DNA of 64,000 nucleotides from Syntrophales bacterium (GTDB lineage Bacteria; Desulfobacterota; Syntrophia; Syntrophales; UBA2210): NCBI GenBank assembly GCA_023228425.1, contig JALOBE010000005.1, positions 30,986 to 94,985 of the forward strand, read 5' to 3'. Shown piece by piece: positions 57,168 to 64,000 of this stretch (position 1 is its first letter; each line of letters starts with the position of its first letter). The notes under the pieces were generated by a model. It saw only the letters and a program-made list of their open reading frames with translations, ran no database searches and was not told where the DNA came from. The position numbers and the translations under genes were made by a program.

Positions 57168-59573
57168 TTACGAGATCGTCAGCATCGTTCTTCTGATGAT
57201 TTCATCTTGTATCCCCTTGTCGAGCCGGACGAAATAGGCACTGAAACCGGCCACCCGTACAGTCAGATTCTTATATTTTTCGGGATTGCGTTGCGCCTCC
57301 ACCAGGGTTTCATTGGAGATGCTGTTGAATTGCACATGATATCCGCCTAAATCAAAATAGGATTTAATCAGAGCTATGACCTTTCTCATCCCGTCTCCGT
57401 CTTTAAAAATCGACGGATGGAGTTTCATGTTCAGATGGTTTGATGAGTATTTTACCGTGTCCAGCACGCGCGCCGCGGAACGGGCAAGGGCGGTGGGACC
57501 GGCAACATCAGTTCCCGCCTGGGCGGAAACACTGCCGTCGCAGAGGGCGAGACCGCTTTTTCTTCCGCTTGGCAAAGCCTTTGTTCGCGCTCCCGTGTGC
57601 CAGTGCAGGGAATGAGAATATGCCTCCGGTACGGAAGGATTTCCCATGCAGTCTGGTTGCCTCGTCGCTTCCTCATAGAAAATATCGAACCACTCCCGGG
57701 CTATATCGTCGACGTAAGGATCGTCATTGCCGTACTTCGGAGCCTTGAGGCACAGCTTCTGAATCCGTGAATATTCTGTGCCCTGGAAATCAGCCTGCAA
57801 AGCATCTGTGAGTTGGCTCATCGACAATACTTTGTCGTCGAAAACCAGCTTTTTGATAGCGGCGAGCGAATTGGCCAGATCGATATTCCCAACGATTATT
57901 GTTCCCATTTCGCCGAAGCACTGGCCGCCTTCACTCAAATCAGTCGCCGTTTCGATGCAATTGTCTATTATTGCCGACGAAAAGGTCTGGGGAAGAATTT
58001 CCGCCTGCAGCGCGAATCCTGTTGAATCGAAAAAACGACATTGTTCCAGGAGATAGGCGAGCTGCTTTCTGACCGCGTCGTGCAATTCCTGGTAAGAGGT
58101 GAACGCCGCCGGATCGCCTGTTTCCAGGCCGACCTTTTCCCCTGTATAGGGATCGATGCCGTTGTTCAGGGCAATTTCAAGCATTTTTGCCACATTAAAC
58201 GCCCCCTCCCAAGGGGGATTAGTCAAATTACCCAGCACGCTGACAACACAGGAACCCAGCACCGTTCTTTCTCGGGCATCTTCCAGGGAAACACCGGGGA
58301 AATTATAGAGCCAGCGTTCGATCGTCTTGTCGGTATTATGGAACTGAGGCTGTCCCAAGCCGGAATCCTTGATCAATTCCATGCACTTGAGCAGAAAGTC
58401 CTCGGGCATTTTGTCGGTGTAATAGCAGGCCAGGCCCGGTTCGATTACCTTCATCTGTTTCTGGGCTTCGAGCAGCAAGTAATCCAGTTCCGTCGTGCCG
58501 TCATCTCCTTTCGCCGTATAGCCGCCCATGCTGATCCGGCAGGCGTTGAATCCCTGGCCTGCCGTACTCCAGACGTTGGATGCATAGATGGTGGCTCCCA
58601 TGATCTTTGCGAAAAAACCCTGAATAAGTTCGATTGCCTGTTTTTCAGTGATTCTCCCTTCTTCCCGGTCCCGGAGATAAAGCGGGGTGAGGGGTCGGGA
58701 TATGTTACCGATGGCTAACCCTGCCGGACAGGACATTTCGATTACAGAGGCCATATAAAGCAACAGTGTGGACTGAATACCTTCGTGAAATGTCCGCGCC
58801 GGGTTTTCCGGCACCCAGTCCAATACCGTGGCCATGTGGTAGAGTTCTTTCTTCCGCCCGGGATTCTTCTCCGTTTTTGCCGTTTCCCGGGCGAGTTCCG
58901 CGTAGCGATGAGCCCAGTTGATGACTGCCTGCAGGGACTTGCGCATGGCCCTCAACAAAATTCTCTGTTTCGTTGTCTGGATCGTTCCAATGGGCGGCAG
59001 ACTTTTTTCCTTGGCGGCGATTTTTTCCAATTGAGCACGAAGCCCCCCGGCCGCCATTTGAGCCGGTTCCGTACAAATAACCGAAGGGAGGGGAAGGCCG
59101 CAGCCGTCGATATACATCCCCGTTTTGCCCAGGGTTGCCCAGTCCGTTCCCGTTGACTCCTCAAAAATCGACCGCGCTCGTGAATAGGCGCATGTATCGC
59201 CCCAGACTCTAACGGCTTCATGAATATCCTTCATGGCCTCATCATCGATGACATACTCTCCCATGGTATTGTGCAGGCGGTAGCCCTCAAGGTTTTTACT
59301 CATCCAGCGGCAGGATATTTCTATCCAGGGCATTGCCGAGAGCTTATATTTGCCGAAATCGCCGACCAGGGGATTGTCGTCAATGAAAAGGGTCTTCTCC
59401 CCCAGATATTTTTCAAAATACGCGGCCCTTCGCTCGGCCGGAGGAAGCCCTTCCGTTTCCTTGTAAGATTCCAGAAGCACACGGATTCGCTCAGTATCAA
59501 CATAGACAGGCGAGTCCAGTATTTCTTCCTTTATTTTTTTCATGCGGGGACTCAATAGCGAATTGTGGGACAT
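57168..59573 (-). CDS. Glycyl-radical enzyme (PFL-fold), substrate unknown
   Basis: 801 aa. C-terminal glycyl radical motif TVRVAGFSAYFVRL. Cys loop reads VLGSCVVSVLG. Confidence 0.9.
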   Translation of the reverse strand: MSHNSLLSPRMKKIKEEILDSPVYVDTERIRVLLESYKETEGLPPAERRAAYFEKYLGEKTLFIDDNPLVGDFGKYKLSAMPWIEISCRWMSKNLEGYRLHNTMGEYVIDDEAMKDIHEAVRVWGDTCAYSRARSIFEESTGTDWATLGKTGMYIDGCGLPLPSVICTEPAQMAAGGLRAQLEKIAAKEKSLPPIGTIQTTKQRILLRAMRKSLQAVINWAHRYAELARETAKTEKNPGRKKELYHMATVLDWVPENPARTFHEGIQSTLLLYMASVIEMSCPAGLAIGNISRPLTPLYLRDREEGRITEKQAIELIQGFFAKIMGATIYASNVWSTAGQGFNACRISMGGYTAKGDDGTTELDYLLLEAQKQMKVIEPGLACYYTDKMPEDFLLKCMELIKDSGLGQPQFHNTDKTIERWLYNFPGVSLEDARERTVLGSCVVSVLGNLTNPPWEGAFNVAKMLEIALNNGIDPYTGEKVGLETGDPAAFTSYQELHDAVRKQLAYLLEQCRFFDSTGFALQAEILPQTFSSAIIDNCIETATDLSEGGQCFGEMGTIIVGNIDLANSLAAIKKLVFDDKVLSMSQLTDALQADFQGTEYSRIQKLCLKAPKYGNDDPYVDDIAREWFDIFYEEATRQPDCMGNPSVPEAYSHSLHWHTGARTKALPSGRKSGLALCDGSVSAQAGTDVAGPTALARSAARVLDTVKYSSNHLNMKLHPSIFKDGDGMRKVIALIKSYFDLGGYHVQFNSISNETLVEAQRNPEKYKNLTVRVAGFSAYFVRLDKGIQDEIIRRTMLTIS

Positions 59574-59958
59574 ACTCCGACCTCCTTCGTACGGGGGAAA
59601 TAATACTTATGCCGGTCGATCGATGCATCATGGATATGCCGGCAATGTGCGGAAAAGAATGCTCCCTGGAGGGCAAAACAAGACCGCTGATCGTGATCGT
59701 CCAGCTAAACCATTTGGTGTGCCCTGTCAATTAGTCATTTTAACCCGGACCATCCTCCATTAGCCTTAGCCGAATTGAACCACTCAAGACGGTGGCCTGT
59801 GCTCGGGATCGCGGCATTGTTCCGGACATATTCTAAGGGAAACAATCAAAGACACATGTTCGATCCGACCAATCCCCCGTGACGTGTCGTTTTCCAGGCT
59901 GTACGGGCTGGTGCCGGCCGTCGGTGGTGTGTGGAGGTCGAAGGCAGGGAAAAACAGT

Positions 59959-60117
59959 GACGGCTTCGTACAATGGTAACGGAGGCATGACCCTTGGTAT
60001 TATAACCGGATGCTTCGTCGCATTCATTCCCTCGTCACCGTGATGTGCATCACGGAACGCCTCATACCTCGGGATGCGTGTGCCGTGCGTGCCCGCGAAC
60101 CTTCTTACGAAGCCGTC
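59959..60117. repeat. MITE-like repeat, family 1 (intact copy, perfect 12-bp TIRs)
   Basis: Starts GACGGCTTCGTA (59959-70) and ends TACGAAGCCGTC (60106-17). 159 bp. Confidence 0.8.
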
Positions 60118-60132
60118 ATAGGTGCTTCAGAT

Positions 60133-60492
60133 TCACGTGCCAGATCCTTCCGGGAAAAGCATAGAAACCGTATTCATGAAAACCGTCAAAATTGGGCCGA
60201 AGGCCAGACTGCCACCCATCAACAGACCAACCGAGGCCGATTCCAATAATTCCTCGCGGGTCGCTCCGGCTTCTTTCGCCTGGGCGGCGCGAGCGGCCAC
60301 GCAATATTCTGAGCCATGGGCAATACCGATGGCAAGGCACATCAATGTCTTGGTTTTTCGATCCAACGCACCCGGCTGGAGAGCGGTTTCATTTAGATTC
60401 GTGAATGCTTTCAGGGTGTTCTTATCGGCTTTATGAAATCGCGCCACTGCACCTTGAAAACCGTCAAGAAATTTTTTTGGATCCTCTATCAT
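60133..60492 (-). CDS. Carboxymuconolactone decarboxylase (AhpD-like) family protein
   Basis: GALDRKTKTLMCLAIGIAHGSEYCVAARAAQAKEAGATREELLES. ATG 60492 is preferred to the TTG at 60585. Confidence 0.75.
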   Translation of the reverse strand: MIEDPKKFLDGFQGAVARFHKADKNTLKAFTNLNETALQPGALDRKTKTLMCLAIGIAHGSEYCVAARAAQAKEAGATREELLESASVGLLMGGSLAFGPILTVFMNTVSMLFPEGSGT

Positions 60493-60591
60493 GGAATGTG
60501 TCCTCCTTTCCTGGTGAACAGTTAGAATTCTATGGTTTGTGAACAGATTGTCGACACGTGATAAGCCTCCCCCTGAAGGTAGCAATCCGTA

Positions 60592-60716
60592 GAGACCTTT
60601 AAAACTATCGATTTTGTCATTTCGACCGCAAGGAGAAATCTTGCAACATATCGATATTAAAGAAATATTTCTCGTCGCGATGCTCCTCGAAATGACAAAA
60701 TTCAGATAAAGGTCTT
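60592..60716. repeat. MITE-like repeat, family 2 (most complete copy)
   Basis: Nested inverted repeats: GAGACCTTT...TTGTCATTTCGA (60614-25)...TCGAAATGACAA (60687-98)...AAAGGTCTT. Confidence 0.8.
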
Positions 60717-61054
60717 CCGTAGTGTACCTTATTCTCGAAAGAGGTCAATTTTTGATTTCACAACGCCATCGCCAGTTCTCGCCCGTGACACTGGCGGAAG
60801 CCTTCTTCTGCTTCCTCGATGATTCGAGGGGATGGCTATCACGTGAAAGGGTTTGATCGCGTTGACTCCTGAAGGCACAGTCGTGGAACGGCACGGTTCG
60901 TACGAATCACGCCGCACGAGGTATTCGCCGCTGAGGGAAACGACCTGACGATGACGGCCGACATCACGCACCCAGGTGTCTGATGCCCCGGGTTAAATCC
61001 TCCATCTTCAGAGTCGGGCTGAGATCTGGTGAAACCCGGGACGGCAGGAGTAAG

Positions 61055-61642
61055 TTAAACAGGTAAGTACGTCCCTCTTGACACCATTCTTTCAGGCATC
61101 ATGGCCCCTGAATAGCCAGACCTCATTTTTTCCCAAAGGTACGTGGCAGCACTCTCTATCGTTTCAAGCTCTTTTATAAACCACTGAGACGACTCGAAGG
61201 TCTCTTTTGCCTCACCGGCCCAATGAAGGAAGGAGGAAATAGTCCCCCAGTGTTTAAGGAGCTTTTCATGCTCCCATTCAATTAGTGGAGGACTGTTCGG
61301 GATGAGTGAGAAAATAGTCCTGGTAAAAATGACAAGCTGACGATAATCGGGACTGAGCTTACGAATAATCTTCGCCAACTTGATGCCTCTGCCTTTGCAC
61401 TTTTCATATTCTTTCCGGTCAAGTTGACCCCCTACGCTCATGATTAGTTCCTCAAAAAGCAGATGCTCAATTGCCAGCCGAATCAAAGAATAACCTTCCC
61501 GATATAATATCGAGTAGTTGACGATTGGCGAAATCAGGGGCTTGCATAAAGCAAACTCAGCGCAAGGGTACCAAAAAGAGAACGTTGCTATTGACATCCT
61601 TGACTCGGACCTCGCCGGTGCCGTACTCGACTGTTTTTCCAT
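61055..61642 (-). CDS. Hypothetical all-helical protein (cassette-borne); start uncertain
   Basis: 195-aa ORF in a low-GC region. Likely starts at an internal Met (61597 or 61441), since the 5' end overlaps the upstream lipoprotein gene. Confidence 0.5.
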   Translation of the reverse strand: MEKQSSTAPARSESRMSIATFSFWYPCAEFALCKPLISPIVNYSILYREGYSLIRLAIEHLLFEELIMSVGGQLDRKEYEKCKGRGIKLAKIIRKLSPDYRQLVIFTRTIFSLIPNSPPLIEWEHEKLLKHWGTISSFLHWAGEAKETFESSQWFIKELETIESAATYLWEKMRSGYSGAMMPERMVSRGTYLPV

Positions 61643-61871
61643 CTTTCAGGATCACGAAATAGTCGGCTCTGTCCCTAGTCCAGCCTGTTACAAGGCGGTG
61701 AGAGTATTTTAGCGCCTCATATTCACCTCGCGCTTGATAACCGTCTGGATTACCCAAGGTCTGAATTACTTCCTGTTTTGGCATTCCCGGTCGGAGACGT
61801 GACATCAACTCGCCGGTAGCACAACCGGTCAAGATGAAAAGGATGGCAAGCACTGCAGCGTATTTCTTCAT
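61557..61871 (-). CDS. Small lipoprotein with a BamE/SmpA-OmlA-like domain
   Basis: Lipobox ILTGC after a signal peptide. GMPKQEVIQTLGNPD motif. SD GGAGGAG. Starts 17 nt after the cassette boundary. Confidence 0.65.
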   Translation of the reverse strand: MKKYAAVLAILFILTGCATGELMSRLRPGMPKQEVIQTLGNPDGYQARGEYEALKYSHRLVTGWTRDRADYFVILKDGKTVEYGTGEVRVKDVNSNVLFLVPLR

Positions 61872-61887
61872 GTGTTTTCTCCTCCAA

Positions 61888-61952
61888 ACCTAACGAAAAG
61901 CTCACCCGGAGCGGGCCAGCGGCCCGCGATCGGGTGCAGCGGTTGGTTATGC
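61888..61952 (-). other. Integron attC recombination site (65 nt)
   Basis: Minus strand: GCATAAC (R'') - CAACCGCTGCACCCGATCGCGGGCC GCT GGCCCGCTCCGGGTGAGCTTTTC - GTTAGGT (R', fits GTTRRRY). The arms are imperfectly paired and the 5' arm carries an unpaired extra G. Sits 66 nt after the stop of ORF 62019..62684. Confidence 0.8.
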
Positions 61953-62780
61953 CAATTTACTTTAATCTTATACACTTATAGTCACGCTTATTGCCCAAGT
62001 TGTTTTATCTTGAGTAAACTATGACAGAAAAGAATAGTCCCTTGCAAATGGCTTTACGTCTATTCCGTCAGTGCCAGGAACCTGCACAAACAAGCCTCTA
62101 CCTCTGCTGACCACATTAAATTTGAGCTGCCCCTTAGATTCGCTCATATCTTTACCATATTTCTCAAAAAAATTCTCCGGAAGAGGAACATCTATAACTT
62201 CTCCATTTTCGCGCTGGCATAAAAGCACGGCATGATCAAAGCCTCCAGCTGGCAAACCAAGAAACCAACGATATGGTTGTCTTTCTGTAGCAACAGCAAG
62301 GCCAACCAGTTTTCCTGACCTAGTACGAAATATTGTCTTTCCTTTAATCAACTGGAGGTGGATACCTTCTGCCTCGCGTTTTCTTAAGAACTCACTACGA
62401 ATTTGTTCTCCAAGCACTCTTGAGGCAACCATCTGCGCTGATCTTGACCCACTAACAGGGGTGGTCACAACACGCCGAGTTTTTGATTGTGTTATTTGTA
62501 GAGTGCCACTTTTCAGTCCTTCAAGTTCTGAAGTAATTTGTTTATGGCGAGAAATAAGATTTTCAATTTTTTCTAATTTTTCACTTTCTGCCAAGACAAT
62601 GTCGGTTTTCCCTTCACTAGCCGCTTTGGAGATAGCCGATAATATTTTGTTTTTCTCGTCTTGAAGCTCTGTTAAAGTACCCATGCGATGACCTCCTGAG
62701 TTAAGTTATATTTTCTATGACTCATAAGATAACAAAGTGCAAGTGCAGTGTCAAGTGTTTTTTTATTCATTAGGGCATAA
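61894..62780 (-). mobile_element. Complete integron gene cassette (887 bp, one ORF plus attC)
   Basis: Begins with TTATGC (62780-62775), just after the G of the upstream core site, and ends at the G of GTTAGGT. Its first six bases are the exact complement of its own attC R'' (GCATAA), as expected for a cassette. Confidence 0.7.
62019..62684 (-). CDS. Hypothetical protein (cassette ORF): N-terminal coiled coil, C-terminal globular domain
   Basis: 221-aa ORF with SD AGGAGG 8 nt upstream. No motif recognised. Confidence 0.6.
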   Translation of the reverse strand: MGTLTELQDEKNKILSAISKAASEGKTDIVLAESEKLEKIENLISRHKQITSELEGLKSGTLQITQSKTRRVVTTPVSGSRSAQMVASRVLGEQIRSEFLRKREAEGIHLQLIKGKTIFRTRSGKLVGLAVATERQPYRWFLGLPAGGFDHAVLLCQRENGEVIDVPLPENFFEKYGKDMSESKGQLKFNVVSRGRGLFVQVPGTDGIDVKPFARDYSFLS

Positions 62781-62806
62781 CGCTTGAGTTAAGCCGCGCC
62801 GCGAAG
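62775..62806 (-). other. 3' half of an attC site, truncated at its apex
   Basis: Minus strand: CTTCGCGGCGCGGCTTAACTCAAGCGTTATGC, ending in core GTTATGC. The partner 5' arm is absent and the sequence changes at 62807. Confidence 0.75.
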
Positions 62807-62856
62807 GAGATATTGTCAAATGTTGTGGATCGAGTTCCGTACCCTTCGTCATGTGA

Positions 62857-63660
62857 TCATGCCGCTTCCTGCAATTTTCCGTTGATGAACACTCTGTTTT
62901 CCAATACCAGGGGAATCATGGCATACCCTCTGAGCTTCTTCCAGGTCTTCCGGGCCGGCTTGAAGACCATGGTCAGGGTGGCCGTCCGGGATCCACATCC
63001 TTTGGTTCGCTTCGTTCGATGCCGGACCGTGGCGAAGGTCGATTCAATAGGGTTGGTGGACCGTATATGAATCCAGTGCACCGCAGGAAAATCATAGAAG
63101 GTAAAGAGCACCTCTTTATCTTTTTCAAGACACGCCACGGCTTTGGGATACTTGTCCTTGTAAGCATGCACAAAGTGATCACAGGCTTCCAGGGCCGACT
63201 CCTTGCTCTCGGCATGATACATGTCATGGATAGGGAACGTTGCCTTCGACTGCATACTCTTGGGAAGCGTGTCCAGGATGTTGGCAGTCTTGTGTACCCA
63301 GCAGCGCTGTTCTCGACAGCGGGGGAATACCTCCTCAAGGGCTGCCCAAAACCCCAGGCAGCCATCGGCAGCGGCGAGACGGGGGGCATTCTTCAGGCCC
63401 CGACGCCGCAGGTCGAGAAGAACCTCCTTCCAGCTGGTCGTGCTCTCACGATAGCCGTCACCGATGGCCACCAGTTCCTTGTTGCCTTCCTTGTCGGTGC
63501 CGATGATTACCAGGATGCACATCCGGTCATCATCAAGGCGAACGTTGAAGTACATGCCGTCGGCCCAGAAGTACACATACTCCTTGTCGCTCAGATTGCG
63601 CCGGGACCATTCCTGATAGTCTTCTTCCCAGGATGCTTTCAGCGGAGATGGTTCGTTTGG
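62857..63660 (-). pseudogene. IS256-family (Mutator-like) transposase, N-terminally truncated
   Basis: ORF 62857..63576 plus an in-frame upstream extension (SPLKASWEEDYQEWSRRNLSDKEYVYFWADGMYFNVRL). The DDE residues are present (WADG, AADG, NPIES). About 170 N-terminal residues are missing, and an in-frame stop lies near 63705. Confidence 0.8.
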
Positions 63661-64000
63661 ATAGCGTGCTGTGCCGTCTTTTTGGGTGGTCTTGCTCTGC
63701 CGAGTTCAAGGCGCTCATTCGTCTTTTCGGTTGGTTTGACATGCTGACGAATGAGCGTGTGCAGGGGAACATGTATCGACGGCTGTTTGACAAGCTTCCT
63801 TCCATGAAGAGTGTCGCCCTTGACCTTGATTCGACGGTGGTGACCCGTACCAGGCAACAGGAGGGGGCCGGTCGCGGCTACAATCCAGCCCGGCACGGAC
63901 GGCCGAGCCATCATCCGCTGTTGGCGTTTATTGCTGAGTATCGGCTTGTTGCCACCTTCTGGCTTCGCCCGGGGAATGTGCACAGTGGGACAACGTTTTG
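63633..64000 (+). mobile_element. DDE transposase gene (IS4/IS1380-like); runs off the right edge and is apparently 5'-truncated
   Basis: Not in the ORF track because there is no stop in the window. My translation of the frame with codons at 63633, 63636... gives ...LDSVLCRLFGW...VALDLDSTVVTRTRQQEGAGRGYNPARHGRPSHHPLLAFIAEYRLVATFWLRPGNVHSG. Confidence 0.6.

Noticed and set aside
59574-59958. 385-nt leader upstream of the glycyl-radical enzyme, examined for a riboswitch or sigma-54 promoter
   Set aside because: I found no B12 box and no TPP, SAM or Moco signatures. The best sigma-54-like string (GGGCACACCAAATGG) lacks the TTGC element. A covariance-model scan (Rfam) would be needed to exclude an RNA element.
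60985-61040. Hairpin CCCGGGTT...AACCCGGG just after the 195-aa cassette ORF, considered as the second attC
   Set aside because: The conserved triplets are in the wrong order (GTT at the 5' side, AAC at the 3' side on both strands), and no L''/L' pairing or GTTRRRY core follows. I therefore could not define the end of the second cassette.
1-64000. Search for CRISPR arrays, rRNA and tRNA genes
   Set aside because: I saw no regularly spaced direct repeats with unique spacers, and no cloverleaf-like or rRNA-like conserved stretches in any intergenic region. tRNAscan/Infernal would be the definitive check.

Overview
64-kb chromosomal window on a GC-rich backbone (spot counts about 68% GC near 3.0 kb) with clearly AT-richer accessory stretches (about 45% near 12.0 kb, about 42% near 62.1 kb). 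Gene content suggests an anaerobic deltaproteobacterium, possibly Syntrophales-like; this is tentative and cannot be verified without a search. The supporting content is an ETF with a ferredoxin domain, several sigma-54 enhancer-binding proteins, a glycyl-radical enzyme and a GAAC-N4-GTTC LexA box. Layout, left to right: (1) topA (partial, absent from the ORF track) and dprA. (2) A 967-aa secreted Ig-like/repeat protein. (3) 5.8-21.0 kb: a 15-gene, single-strand, low-GC type II FAS/PKS-like lipid cluster. It encodes malonyl transacylase, ACP, a GcvT-family protein, a fused KS-KS(CLF-like), HADH, FabG, FabZ-like, PPTase and a second SDR, plus its own Lol-like ABC exporter, outer-membrane barrel, LolA-like and DUF1571 proteins. 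(4) CoA-disulfide-reductase/rhodanese fusion, AlaX-like editing protein, methyltransferase, etfBA, lexA with its operator, and dinB. (5) 29.8-35.2 kb: a translationally coupled operon with a near-consensus sigma-54 promoter and three upstream GGAAC-N5-GTTCC palindromes. It encodes lysine 2,3-aminomutase, two Ddl-like ATP-grasp ligases, a GNAT and an FGase::C39-like peptidase fusion. (6) Two sigma-54 activators, the second divergent from an operon of unknown function (small proteins, Tat-exported MBL-fold hydrolase, 10-TM membrane protein). (7) ADP-forming acyl-CoA synthetase, a cytidylate-kinase-like protein, an acetyl-CoA transferase::GNAT fusion and catalase. (8) Two CheY-like regulators, a 1217-aa multi-PAS kinase, and a glycyl-radical enzyme with its activase. 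(9) 61-64 kb: integron-type gene cassettes with a clear attC, interrupted by a truncated IS256-family transposase abutting a second transposase gene that runs off the right edge. Two families of short TIR-bounded (MITE-like) repeats occupy many intergenic regions. I found no rRNA, tRNA or CRISPR array. Most long ORFs antisense to these genes are GC-driven shadows.
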